DNA of 64,000 nucleotides from the NCBI GenBank assembly GCA_903813345.2, contig CAIIXF020000001.1, positions 34,162,001 to 34,226,000 of the forward strand, given 5' to 3'. The position numbers were made by a program, and so were the translations under genes. Each line of letters starts with the position of its first letter. The first letter of the stretch is position 1. This DNA is from Owenia fusiformis. Its lineage: Eukaryota. The notes beneath the pieces are model-generated. The model saw nothing but the letters and a program-made list of their open reading frames with translations, ran no database searches and was not told the origin of the DNA. Of the stretch, positions 42,404 to 55,607 are shown one piece after another.

Positions 42404-43857
42404 GGCTTACGGACAACTCATCCCCTAGACAACTCATCCCTGGACATCTCATCCCCTGGACATCTCATCCCCTGGACATCTCATCCCCTGGACATCTCAT
42501 CCCCTGGACAACTCATCCCCTGGACAACTCATCCCCTAGACAACTCATCCCTTGGACAACTCATCCCCTAGACAACTCATCCCCTGGACAACTCATCCTT
42601 CATCACATGAAGCTCAATTGTTAAGGGTGTCTTGAAAAAAATTACTTAGTAAATACATCTTAGATTATTCAAAACATTATTTTTCACTTTACTGACACAA
42701 ATAAACAGTCAAACGATGTCATGAAAACTCTCATCTCTTATTCTTATATTACATGACTTAATATTTCCTGACCAAACAAATAAAGTTCTCTTAAACTTAA
42801 ACATCATCCTTCTTCAAAGGACTTCATTTATGCTTAAATTCATATACTTGTAAAATACCCTTGCAGCAAGGATGCTTAAACATGGACTTCATTAACTTCA
42901 TCTGTGAATGCTGTGAAAAAAAATCTTTGGATTAAAGAATATTTGAGCTATGAACAACAAACATATTATAACATCAAAGGAACTTCTTCAATCAATGTTA
43001 ATACAGAGACATATAATGTTTTATATGTCTCTGGTTAATATGAAAAGCAAATATTTACAAAACAAATCACAGATTAATTGATTGATTATCATTTTGTTTT
43101 TTAGCAATCCCCCCCCCAGAAAGTTTTTGTTTATCACTGGTACTCCACTAGATTATGCTGGTTACCGAAACGGAAAGTAACAAAATGTCGGAACCTCAAA
43201 GTAACGATCGATTTTGATTTTTACCTAATTCCGGTGTTGCAGGCAGAATTCCCACGACATTTTTATCACAAACGTTTGTCGGTATCATATGTTAAGGAAA
43301 ATGTACATGTTTGCAAACAAAGTACAGAAGACAACAGAACCATTGATTTAATACCTCACTATTGTTACATAAACGGAACAGATTTTAGAAGTTCTGTTTA
43401 CATAAAGTAACAAAAGTGAGACATAGAATGTCATGGGAATTCCGCCTACAACTCGTGAAATAAGGAAAAAAGAAAAATCTTGTATACGTTCGAGGCTCCA
43501 ACATTTTGTTACCCAAACAGATCAACAGCGTAATCGAGTGGAGTAACGGTGTTCATGTAATATATGTTTTTTGAAACTTAAAGCTGACCATATTCACAAC
43601 CAAAACATTTAAAAATCATTTGAGTATCAAATATGAATAGGTAATATAATATTAAATTACTATACTCAAACATGCCAAAAGATTAGTCCTCCAGGGGATG
43701 AGTTGTCCAGGGGATGAGTTGTCTAGGGATGAGATGTCCAGGGGATGAATTGTCTAGGGGATGACTTGTCTAGGGGATGACTTGTCCAGGAGATGAGTTG
43801 TCTAGGGGATGAGTTGTCCAGGGATGAGTTGTCTAGGGGATGAGTTGTCCGGTTACC
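42404..43857. mobile_element. foldback/Mutator-like element with 17-bp tandem subterminal repeats (nested MITE ~43141-43545)
   Basis: ggacaactcatcccct arrays inverted at both ends; TSD ctatttat (42396-42403, 43858-43865). Confidence 0.9.
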
Positions 43858-46800
43858 CTATTTATTACTTGAATAGTAATATTTATTGATGAAAATGAGT
43901 TAATTCCTCGAGCAAAAGTTCAACCCTAAGGTGTTAGTTTATAATAAAATTGCGTTAGAGAGGGTTTCAAACGACATATACGCACATTTTATAACAACAC
44001 CATGAACACTCTGACTGTGCACTGATTTTCGGCAACATGATTTCCTAAATGCGACAGAAATACGAGCGACTTCTTGATTTAGAATTGTGAACAATTTACA
44101 GCATTAAAAAAACTACGAACATTTAACTATTTTATTAATATCTTCGGAGAACGAGAATCAAATTGACCCATTTTTTAAATGATCTCTTGTTAGTATTACT
44201 ACCACCGTTAACGACCAGGACTGAAACAGCAAGAAAATCTTCGCACTGAACGATATCTAATTTTCGGGGAAAATTGCCGGTCGTTAAATGAATTTTCGAC
44301 CGGTCTGAAATACTATATCGACCGCCACTATGACGTCACATATTGCTCAGGTCGATAAAGTAAAATGAATGCCTTCTAAACCAAGGGCGTTACAATACCC
44401 GGGAATTTATCGGTTCGTGCAGTACTTGTTTGTGATAGCGCCCTCTGTAGGTCACTGTGCTTATAGCCTACAGTAATACGGGGTAGGATATCGGGAATTC
44501 GGTCAGTTTCTATCCGTCGATTTCGCCATGAATTGAAGCAATGTGACCACTTTATCCACTTAAAAAAATTGATAATTGATTAAATCTTTAAACAAAATCG
44601 ATAAACACGTTATACACTTCCTATCTCCTTAGAAATTAGCATGTATTTATGGATTGTGTTTTCGAACAAGGCTCGACCCAGACCAATAGGGAAATCCTTA
44701 TGCTAATTAGTATGGCGTCATATTTTCCTGGGGAATCCTAGATTTCAAAGCCTCAGTCTGTTATTGTGTCAAATGTAAACGCTCTTTTGCAGACAGAAAA
44801 TTGACAGATTAGCTTTTAACTTTCAGCTTTGATGTTTAAATATTCTGTATTTCTACCGGACTTCTTGCTGAATATCATATAATGTTATAACTTGATTTGG
44901 ACCATTGCCTGATTGATCATTCTGAAATTTTGATTGTGATTCATGATTGATTGGCAAGAAAATAATTCCTATTGTTTTCCAGCGAAGTCAAAATGTTACA
45001 GCATGAGTTATAATGTCGAGTTTGCATCATGTTAAATTCTGCTAGTGATTAGAAGTCCATGCACAAGCATACACATAAGAGACAAACACACTCAGGCTCC
45101 AGGCCGTGGAGGGAAATATAAAACTATTTAAGGCACAAACTGGTATTAATAGACCGATATGTATTGTCTGCCATGTATTGAAGGTAAACCAATCTGCATT
45201 ATTAATGTTTCTTCTATCAATACATGGATTGTGCAATGGAAAAGCAATGGCACAATCAAAAATGTGCATATCAATCGTGAATATCTCTCGGTTCAAAGCT
45301 TATTTCCAACAGAATCGTGTCAAAATATGTGTCTGAGTAACAGTTATACATTATAAGATCGCAAACTCTTACCAATTATCAGCCGAATGGCTCATTTTCA
45401 ACGAAATGTCCTTAAGACAACAGCCCTGGGTCGCGCCTGAGACCAAAAACTATTTCAAATAGCCCTCCCCTAATTATATTGGATAATCACATTTATTCGT
45501 GCGCGCGCAGCTCATCCACTGAACGAAACGCCACTTCCCGCTGAAATCACCGGGTATTGATCTTTCCCTTGTCTAAACTAGCACTAAAATCCCTAGAACT
45601 GGCCAGGTGTAAAAGGGTAGGAGGTCCTATCAAATTATGGTCCTACTCTCCATTGATTTATATGGTGACCTAAATACAACTCCTTCCCTCATTATCTTAT
45701 ACGCAATCAGGACCAGATTTGGCCGTTAAGAAAGGAGACCATAATCCCTGGGGGACCATCATTTCTTTCACACCGGCAAGATGGTAATGGAGAGGTTAAG
45801 CTAACGATGTTTTTCACAACGTAACCGTGAACGCAAAGTACAAAAATTAACAAAGGAATGTATCGAGCGCTCATAGTTTTATGCGCGCTTAGTCTACTTC
45901 AGATACTCTTTCAGCTTCAGAGTTTCGGGTTTAGAACGGGAGATTTTGAAATTTGACGTTGGGTCAACGGGAACCATTTTACTCGTGTCTATTGAACACT
46001 ATGCTGTCAATTTTGATTTCGATGCACAGTTGACAGTTGCGTCTCTTGCGAGTCCTGAAAACAAATATAGGAAATTTAATATTCTATTTCTTACCCATTA
46101 TAACAATAACATGGAAAGAGGCTATCAGATCTAGCAACCTTGACTTGACAGATGTACAGCACGTAACCGTCCGCTAAATATCTTATGTACAACTAATACA
46201 ATACGTTACCGTCCATAGAATTCGATAGGAGTCATACGTAGTCGTCTAACGACATTGCGTTTGAAACCTTATTATTTACGATATTCACCACGTTCCTGTT
46301 CTGGATTTGTCATTTTATGCCTTGTTTATACAATTTACTTACAGTTGATATTTTGAGTGGCTCTGAGGCACATGTACTGAGAAAACACGAGAATGGACCA
46401 AAAATTATGAACTTGGATATCTCAGTCGGTAGGTTTACAGCTTATATTCTGTTTCTTGTAGACCACCTGGCAGACTTGACCCAGTCTTTATAACCATCCA
46501 TATATACGTCACCGAATGGAACTAGTTTAAAAGGAAATCTTATCTGTGAATATTGCCTACAGGCGAGAAAGAAGGCATGCTGCCTTTCCCATCCGCCATT
46601 TTTTGTTATCGTTACCGCAAAATTTTGCAAATCGCCTTGACGTAAAGAACCGTCATGCTATAACACCGTGCTACATGGGAATACAATTCCCTGGGAAACA
46701 AAACGCAAATACTTTTTATATGTTCAAAATGACCCATTTGATTGATGCATACACATAATAGCTTCATAAAAAACATCTACAAAGTATATTTAATAGTAAT

Positions 46801-46879
46801 TTTCAATTTCAATGGTGAAACTTGCCTGGTTAGGATTATACGGAAAATGAACACGGGACGAAGATTGTTCACCTTCCTG

Positions 46880-46946
46880 ACTTACCTCTGAATCCTGTAC
46901 CTTGTAATCTCTTTATATAGGTTAGCGTGAGCGCTGCGCCTGCGCA
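46880..46946 (-). promoter_or_regulatory. candidate intronic Pol II core promoter: NRF1-type site, TATA box, Inr, splice donor
   Basis: TGCGCAGGCGCA (46946-46935); TATATAAAG starting at 46919, 30 nt before the A of TTCAGA (46889); GAG|GTAAGT at 46886/46885. Confidence 0.5.
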
Positions 46947-47011
46947 GTTTTAAACTTTGGCGCACACTTTAACTCTGTTTGTTATACTTCAATAGTACCC
47001 CAAGTTGCCGC

Positions 47012-47325
47012 TAAAGCATGCAAATGGCCCCGTGTGGCCCCCAAAAAAGCATCCAACTGGCCCACTGTGCCCCCCCCCCATAATTATGCTAGTGGCCCCC
47101 TAAGGCCCCAAAGAACATCCTAGTGGCCTATGTGACCCATAAATCATCCTGGTGGCCCCCTTTGACCCCAAAAAGCATCGAAGTGGCCCCATAAAAGCAT
47201 CCTAGTGGCCCCATGCGGTCCCCAAAAGCATCCTAGTGGCACCAAGTGGCCCTCTAAAGCATCCTAGTGGCTCCTGTGGCCCACTAAAGTATCCTAGTGA
47301 CCCCCTGTGACTCAAGAAATCATCA
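47012..47325. repeat. degenerate ~30-bp minisatellite (aagcatcctagtggcccc core)
   Basis: about 10 diverged copies read directly. Confidence 0.85.
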
Positions 47326-47800
47326 TAGATTATCATGGGCATTAGTGTCTATGTCCCTTAAATGAGACGTTTGTTGAGAAAATTAAAGCAAAGAAATTTA
47401 TTTAAAAAATTCAGCACAGCCAATAAGGGGTGGCATCATTTTAAATAGACAGAATTGTATTCTTCAGATAATCTTTCATACGTTTTTTTTGTTAGTAATA
47501 AATTAGAGTACTACTAACTTTGAATAGTTGTTAATTCTTAGATTCATATTTCAATTTGAGGCCCATTTGGCTGTGAACAATTTCAAAAGATGTCTGCAAA
47601 AAATGAGAAATATATCTTCTTTTCTAAGAAATATAATAATACTAAAGAAACAGTGCTGCTATCTTCCAATACAAAAATAAAAACGTCCCATATTTGGCAC
47701 ATAGACACTTAAACATGTCCCCACGTTGCAGTTTCCGCGTTATTAGAATGAGACCTATACTGGAGTTTTGATGTAAATGTATATTAATCGTACAACTCAC

Positions 47801-47866
47801 CAAGCTTTTTGGGATCCCTCAAATCTCTTTTAAGATCCTCAGACACACTGTCGTCAATGAGTGATT
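47801..47866 (-). CDS. MSP130-like 66-nt exon (ESLIDDSVSEDLKRDLRDPKKLG)
   Basis: tttgtag acceptor, G|gtgagt donor, phase 1/1, no stop; supplies the L.D...LG segment expected before the next exon. Confidence 0.85.
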
Positions 47867-48476
47867 CTACAAATACAAACAGTAGCTTGTAGAAAGGCAC
47901 GGAAAGTTGGCAAAATACATCGTTTCATTCATTGTTAAACTCCACTTAGGTAGCAACACAATAGAATGAACTGAATTGTATTTCTAAAGAATGTCTAGCT
48001 ATTACAAAGAGGAGTGCATTATTTCTATTGTTTTTAAAGAATGTATAATTGGCAAGCTATTCAAAACCAGTGTGGTACAAAAGACGATCATATGCAGTGC
48101 ACTAAAGCCGAACTAATTATACCCTATTCACTTATGAATCGGAGCAAATGTGACCCAGGCATAAGCACAGAATAAATCAAATTTTAAACTGTATATGCCC
48201 TGTTATGCCTGGGTCACATTTGCTCCGATTTATCGGCCGGCGCCCGGCCGATTGAGTATCCTGTTCACAAATGTATTCAGTTTTGAACAGAATACTCAAT
48301 CGGCCGATGAATCGCAGCAAATTTGACCCATGCGTTAGAAGTAGTTCACTGAAGCTGAACTTATTACACCTACTCGCTTCTCAATACACTAACATTTCAT
48401 AGTCAATACAAAAGAAGTTGATTTTTCCTAATATTGGACCATGGAGAACTTATCTTTTATAAGAGTCAATGCCCAA

Positions 48477-50435
48477 TGGGGGGGGGGGTGTATAGGGATA
48501 TTGTATATCGTATAAGAGGCTGAAAATTTATTGTATATTGTATAAGAGGGGGGGGGGAAATTTATCGTATATGGTATAAGAAGTGTAAAAAATATGGTAT
48601 ATGGTAAATATATGGTATATGGTATCTAGAATTAAAAAAGGCTAATTATCATGATTATAAATTGTACCCTAAAGTTCCCAATTGTGCCAACTCTCTTACT
48701 GTAACCGTGTTGGAAAAACATGGAAAAGTAGTCTCTCTAATATCCCAGATGCGAGTAGAAATAATCTTGATTTATGTCATTAAAAATTCACAATTCAGTC
48801 AAACTAATGTCATATTTGGAATCTACATGTAAAATTACATTTAAAAATGTGGTTTTGAAAAGAGTTTATCAACTTTGGAAATTTAATTTTCTTTGAAAAT
48901 GTGACTTCCAGGTCGGGGAGATTCCCCATAGAGCCCATGTTGTAAAACGACAAAAAGTGAAATATCTTTTCTTGTGTTGGGCAGATAATATTTTATTTTA
49001 CTGGACATATTTTAATTTGTATAACTATCAGATACATAAAGGTAATATGAAAACTGAACCATTAAAACTGATGCATATTCAAGTTTAAGGGAATTTTGTA
49101 ATACCATGCCATGTTAATTCCCCCGAATCAGCCACCTGGTGGCGAAACTGGTAACTACCTACTCGCATCTGAGTAAATTTCCAGGTCGAGGAATGTTGAT
49201 GGGGTGTTTGCACCTTCCCTGTCTTAAAGTCCAAATTATTTTATAATCTCTATGATTGCTTGTCCTGGAGTTAATGCATTGGCCTAACATATGCACCTGT
49301 TCAAATCCTCAGAAAATAGCCAAAATCCAATATATGACTGAAATCTGTTGCGATACCATCCGTGGTCCTTTAAAAGAAAGTTATTTCTAGTTCGAAGAGT
49401 AGTTTTATTCTCATCAATACATCTTTGCCTTGAAATCATTCGTGAAACATGTGGTTTGACCTTTATGGAAATTCGCTTCATTTTGACACACCTTTGTTTG
49501 ACTTATACTGTCCTTAAGGCTGCCTTATCTGAAACCCCGAAGTGTCTCTGTTTCAAATGTTTAAAAAATCAAGTCTCATCTTGCGTTTATTTCAAACTCT
49601 AGTCCAGACTGAGTCCAATCAAAAATGAATCATCTACATGGAAGTTTGTGAAGTCCTTTATTTCTGAAACTGTTTTCAATACTTAATATTTTCCAGGTAA
49701 CTGCTTTACAAAATTATTGTGCATTGTGAATCTTCACTATCTATCTGATACATATTTTCCTCAGCAAACTTTAGCAAAATTATGTTTCAAGTAATTGTTT
49801 CCCGGGCTCACTATGATGAATTCTATTGACATTAAAATAAGTCATGGGATAGTAAGTCAGAAAGAGGGACACTCAGAGTTCCACCCATTCCAATGATGCA
49901 GGTTTTGTGCTTATTTCGAATATCTTTATGGTACTTTTACAGGTAATGGCTGTAGCAAATTGCAGAAATGTTAAGTTCGTTTTTTGATCAAAGTAGGTTG
50001 TGAAATCACTAAAGAGAAGTCATGAATCTTATACCATAAATGTGTTTTAAATCAACTTGCTGAAAACAAAATGTGGTCACAGCTTTTCTGAACATGCGGA
50101 TGTACCCGAATGGTGTCTTATTCATAATGTAATAAATGAAATCATGGTGGTATGTATGTGGAGTCTATTTGCCTTATAATAATACATTTACTTTGGTACA
50201 TGGATTCTCTCCTAATATTATTTCCTTATAAATATCAAAACTTTAATCAACAGCAGTTTCAAAATTATCGTACATTGTATTTCACCTGAACGTTTGTAAA
50301 ATATCGTATATGGTATAAGAGCTGTGAAAAATATTGTATATGGTATAAAAGGGGTGAAAAAATATTGTATATGGTATAAGAGAGCTGAAAAATATTGTAT
50401 ATGCATTTCCAAGACCCTCTATACACCCCCCCCCA
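48477..50435. mobile_element. non-autonomous DNA element with G-rich TIRs (nested MITE ~48744-49173)
   Basis: t(g)ntgtatag...ctataca(c)na; flanking direct repeat cccaa; subterminal attgtatatggtataaga repeats. Confidence 0.75.
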
Positions 50436-50487
50436 CCCAATGTGTGGTTAAAGGAAGGCAAACAATTTGCCTTGGGTCTTATGAGAA

Positions 50488-51577
50488 AACCAGAACAACG
50501 GCAACGCCAAAGCGTAGCGAATCCCATCGAACATTTTTCAAAATGGGCACCTTCTACCAAAAGTGTCATTAGACAGTGTGCCATGCTTATAATATTCACA
50601 TACCAAATATGAACAAAGTCGCTATACTACTTTTCGAGTTATAGTAAAATACGTTAAAATGGTGGCCATTTTGAAAAATGGCCACCTTCTACCAAAAGTC
50701 TCATTAGACAGTGTGCCATGCTTATAGAATTCACATACCAAATATGAACAAAATCGCTCCACTACTTTTCGAGTTATAGTAAAATACATTAAAATGGCGG
50801 CCATTTTGAAAAATGGCCGCCTTCTACCAAAAGTGTCATTAGACAGTGTGCCATGCTTATACGTATTCACATACCAAATATGAACAAAATCGCTCCACTA
50901 CTTTTCGAGTTATAGTAAAATAAGTTAAAATGGCAGCCATTTTGAAAAATGTCCGCCATTTTGAAAAATGACCGCCTTCTACCAAAAGTGTCATAGGACA
51001 GTGTGCCATGTTTAGACGTATTCACATACCAAATATGAACAAAATCGCTCCACTACTTTTAGAGTTATAGTAAAACAAGTTAAAATGGCGGCCATTTTTC
51101 AAAATGTCCGCCACTTTTCAAAATGGCCGCCTTCTACCAAAAGTGTCATTAGACAGTGTGCCATGCTTATAGTATTCACATACCAAATATGAACAAAATG
51201 GCTCCACTACTTTTCGAGTTACAGCAAAAATCGTAAAATAACGAGTAAAGGCCGCCATTTTTCAAGATGGCTGCCATGTGCTTTTTTAATATCTACATTT
51301 CTAGCTTTATTAATGTCCTATATAACTTTTTTAACATTTAAAACATATTGCTATTACAGTTTTACATATTGCACCTAAATTACTGTAAAATCGGCACTAA
51401 AATGGCCGCCATTTTTAAATGAGCGGCCATTTTGAAAATCGGCTTTCGAGCAGAACTTCTACTCCCATACGTACGGACGGACGTACGGACGGACGTACGG
51501 ACGGACGTACGTTCGAACGGACGGACGGACGGAGGCGTTCCCTATATCCCTCCGAACTTCGTTCGATGGGATAATTA
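50488..51577 (-). mobile_element. HINE/DINE-1-like Helentron derivative with 5 x ~135-155-bp units
   Basis: subTIR atcccatcgaac (50521) / gttcgatgggat (51561) with adjacent hairpin; GTAC/GGAC microsatellite; terminal stem-loop gcaacgc..gcgtagc; fragments of the same family near 27030 and 30815-31065. Confidence 0.88.
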
Positions 51578-51655
51578 TATTATTTCACATAAGACCCAAG
51601 GCGAATTGTTTATCCTTTACTTAATTCATTACTAATATAATATGAATATAAATAC

Positions 51656-51835
51656 CTTTGGAGAAGACTTGTCCACGTATTGTCTCTGACCAAGTTAAAC
51701 CGTGAGAATCGACTCGATACGCCTTTCCATCCCCTTCATTTGCAGAAACTATGAACTCTTTATCATCCCACGTAAAGTATTTAATGTTATCTGGCTGGTA
51801 CATACCATACACTTCATATCCATACATACGAACAC
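51656..51835 (-). CDS. MSP130-like exon (VRMYGYEVYGMYQPDNIKYF...SANEGDGK...GQVFSK)
   Basis: ttattag acceptor, G|gtattt donor; GMYQPD and ANEGD motifs. Confidence 0.93.
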
Positions 51836-52174
51836 CTAATAAATGTAATAAGTTTGAAAACAATGAACGTGGGTAAACAACTGTGATACTTTAAGGTCAG
51901 GGTGCACTATGATGAAATTTCATGACCAGGTGCTATTTTCAGATAAACATAACTCATTCCACACATCATCTACATCTTTCTTTCTTGTACAAAATATACA
52001 TTAGTGTACCTAGACTATTAATCGAGGGTTGATTGATAATTCTTCAGAATGTTTGAATAACTAGAAGGTTCAGTGGTTTACTCTTCAAAATTCCAAAGTG
52101 CACTGGATAAGTGACACTATGGAAACACTTAAGAGTGGTTTGTTATTAATAGTTCAGCAATACTTAAAACATAC

Positions 52175-52286
52175 CATCCACATCACTTGCATCTAGCTTA
52201 TATTGTGACCAGTCTTTATATCCTAGAGGATGAATCTCATCTATACTCTCAGTTGCTATGTCAACCATTGCCACTGCGTTATTCTC
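52175..52286 (-). CDS. MSP130-like exon (ENNAVAMVDIATESIDEIHPLGYKDWSQYKLDASDVD)
   Basis: ttttaag acceptor, G|gtatgt donor; completes LQ-ENNA, plus PLG.KDW and LDASD motifs. Confidence 0.93.
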
Positions 52287-52723
52287 CTTAAAACAAACAC
52301 ACTTTTATCATGATTTTTATGTTTCAAATTACTATTTCTTTTGGTGGTTTACAAAACCGCACATTTGGTTTGTGCAATAAAAATTAAAATTAAACGTATT
52401 TAGTTACTAAATGATATTGTCGGAACTCCGGTTGATCTAGAAAACATAACTGTAGGCCCAGACCTGGTTAGTTGGTCTGGAAGTACAGGTGATAAGAAAC
52501 ACACAAGAATGGATATGATTTAGCACATATATCAACCATAAATAACAATAACAGTAAATAACGAAATGTCTCCATGATCTTCAATTATATCTGTAATCAC
52601 TACTAAATCACAAATATCTCTAATTGTCTCTGACTGTCTTTCAATTATCCTAATCGTCTCTGAATATGGTAGTGGTAGTGCAACTCTCTCTTCTCTGATC
52701 TCTAATTCTGGTAGCGTGGCTCT

Positions 52724-52845
<122 letters not shown>

Positions 52846-53146
52846 TCCGGCTATCTTTTCTTCTTTTCTACTCCAGTCACACTCACTTCAGATAGCAACT
52901 TCTCTACTTCTCTGGATTCTCACTCCAGTTAACTTCTCCTCTGCTTTTCCTCCTCCTCCGGACTCTCACTCCGGAGACTTCTCTACTTTTCCTCCGGACT
53001 CTCACGCCGGGTACTAATACTCGGCTTCTCCTCCAAACTTCTCTGTTTCTCCTCCGTGCTTTCACTCCGGGAATTTCTCGTCTACATCTCCAGGAGGACT
53101 TCTCTTCCATTCCAGGAGGTCTTCGTCACTTCTAGGAGGTCTCTTT

Positions 53147-53496
53147 TAGCATAGCATATAATTTGTCTTGTCTATATTCAAAGAAAGTTTATTTGATTTG
53201 AACCATTCTAATGTCTTTTCCATTTCTAAATTTACATTTCTATATAGATCATGAAGGTTTTTGTTTGAACATAAGATATTTGTATCATCTGCGAAAATAG
53301 TAAATTTAAGAATATTTGAAACCTTATGTAAATCATTTATATAGAGAATGAATAAGATGGGGCCTAAAACAGACCCTTGAGGTAAACAACAAGTGATAAT
53401 ATTTTCTTCAGATAGAGTGTTGTTAAAAGAAGTAATAATTTTTCTTTCAGATAAATAGCTTTCGAACCAATTTTTTGCAACATTGCGAATTCCAAA
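53147..53496 (-). pseudogene. L2/CR1-group LINE RT fragment
   Basis: open frame GIRNVAKNWFESYLSER...PQGSVLGPILFILYINDL...FADDTN...WFKSNKLSLNIDKTNYM; absent from the ORF track. Confidence 0.93.
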
Positions 53497-54172
53497 AGTA
53501 TATTCAAATAAGTTAAAGAAGGTTAAATAAGCAAACGGTATGTTGGTTGTGTAGTTTAGTAGTTAGCCATTTTGTTTTATCACAAAAATGCTTTTAATTG
53601 CATATTTGTTTTCACCACGTTACAAGTTTTATTTTAATGTCTCCTACGAAAAAGTCGGGTTATTTTCTTGAAATCGGAATAAAAATCAGGGTTTCTGGAA
53701 ATCATGATTTTAATTTTTTTTTTAAATCGGGATGAGCAATAAAAATTGTGATTTTCCCGATTTAAATCGGGATTTGACAGGTGAGCTGAATCCTGCCTCA
53801 TTGATTCGTTGGTTGATTCACTTTTTCTGTGCAACATATGTCCTCTGAAGATTTCAAAGCTCTTGGAGTTACATTTTTTGGTGTTTCTCATGTATAAACG
53901 TCAATGGCAGGTTTTGTGATTGCCAAGTTTCACAAAGTTTGTCCTTATACTTCATTATTTCTTGTGATGAATTACATTGTAACTAGATTTAAGGATTCTC
54001 TACAAATTGCTCAATATATGTCAGCGTAAATTTTTTCCGTTCTTTAGAAATTTGACGTCAAAAAATGGTAAAAATATTAGATATTTTTCAACTTGCTTCA
54101 ATTTGACTTTTTATAAAAATCCGGCTACGGGCGAGCACTTGAAAAGACGTGTAATGAAAGAATAACTTATAC

Positions 54173-54317
54173 CTGAAGACAAACATACGCTTTAGTTTCC
54201 GCAGCGTTGATTGTGATATATTCCGGTTCCATATCCTGAGAGAATGTACTTTGTAGGTCAGTCTGTTCAAGGCCATTGTAAAGAAATCGTACTCCTTTAG
54301 ACACATACTCTGCCGAC
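54173..54317 (-). CDS. MSP130-like exon (SAEYVSKGVRFLY...FSQDMEPEYITINAAETKAYVCLQ)
   Basis: gttgcag acceptor, CAG|gtataa donor, 83-nt upstream intron; D(L/M)EPEYI and AYV.LQ motifs; this frame is not in the ORF track. Confidence 0.93.
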
Positions 54318-54400
54318 CTGCAACGACAAATGCACAATGATACATACTACCAATAAGACGTACAAAATGTACCGGCTAATATATACTGGTTTTGTAGTAC

Positions 54401-54608
54401 CTTGCATTGAATCTCTTAAAATCAAGTGTTTTTACTGTGGCAGGTCCATAGCCCAGATCACCAGTGCTGAACTTGATGATGCTGATCGTTCCCTCGGCAT
54501 CGTGGTACGGGGTATGGGTGAGCATAGACTTGGTAAGTCTGCCTTCGTTTGCAGTGAGAAGGATTGTACAATCTTTGGTGAACACTAACTGAGTAGGGAA
54601 CACACCAA
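54401..54608 (-). CDS. MSP130-like exon (IGVFPTQLVFTKDCTILLTANEGRL...DAEGTISII...LDFKRFNAR)
   Basis: ttttccag acceptor, AG|gtacta donor; phases join both neighbours; ANEG and D.EG.ISII motifs of the choice-of-anchor I family. Confidence 0.92.
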
Positions 54609-55607
54609 CTGGAAAAAATCATTGACCCATTCATATTGCATATGATCAGGATATTTAACACGTTCACTCTGTTTTTATATTCTTAACTAGGTCTGATTCT
54701 TCAAGTTCTGAGATCCCCCACGCGGGCATGGATTGGGAATTTGACAAAAAAATGTTGGCCTGTCTAATTACTTACCCCGAGGACATATAAAGCCCCCCCC
54801 CCCCCCCCCCCCTATAAATGTGTCCATTTCCCTACCCTTGGAGCAATAAATCTGATCAAATATTCGCGACCCCTGGATCCTTCAACCATTTGAAATCTAT
54901 TTTTAAACATCAGATATCCTTGTTAGTAGACTAATGCTCGTGAATGTGGAGGGATATACACATGCAATACTGTGTTTATGTCAATATTTTAATTAGATAC
55001 ACCATATATGGTCATAAGATTCTTCGCTACACATCCTACAACTAATTTATGAATGAAAAGTTCGCTTACGATTTACATATAACCAATAGAGAAGCAGCTT
55101 TTTAAATGACGCAACTAACCGCAAAATTAAAAGCCAATGAATACAGTCCGTTTTATGACGTTTTCGCAAATTGCCTGGACGTTTTGACAAAAATGAGCCG
55201 AGAAGGACATGGTTTTACTATTTGTTTGTATCTACAAAAGTAGAACATACCTGTATGAACGATCATTTTTTGGAATGGGCGGGCGGATTTTTGCGTTTCA
55301 TCTGTAGGTCCCCCCCCCCCCAAAAAATGTCCCCCGGACCATTTTCACTATCTTAAAATACGTCATTTCATAAATTTGGCAACCTTAGCTCCCCCAAGTA
55401 GAACGCGGACGTGCATGTTTTCGAAGGGAGGGCGAAAGCAAGCTTGACAAACAATAGTTACGACACTGCAGTGTTATTCTAAAATTCCTCTCTCCAGCGG
55501 TTATTCTCGGCAATTCCCACCCATGGGAGCAATATTGTGTATCAAATTCCTCACGCAAACTTTTGAATGGTGCATAAGATGAACGCATATCGCTGGTCAG
55601 TATCAAG

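Noticed and set aside
42404..42600. short-repeat array resembling CRISPR or iterons
   Set aside because: head-to-tail 17-mers without spacers, mirrored at 43690-43857 as transposon arms
45000..46800. intronic microRNA hairpin downstream of the candidate promoter
   Set aside because: no conserved bilaterian miRNA sequence recognised; folding could not be computed
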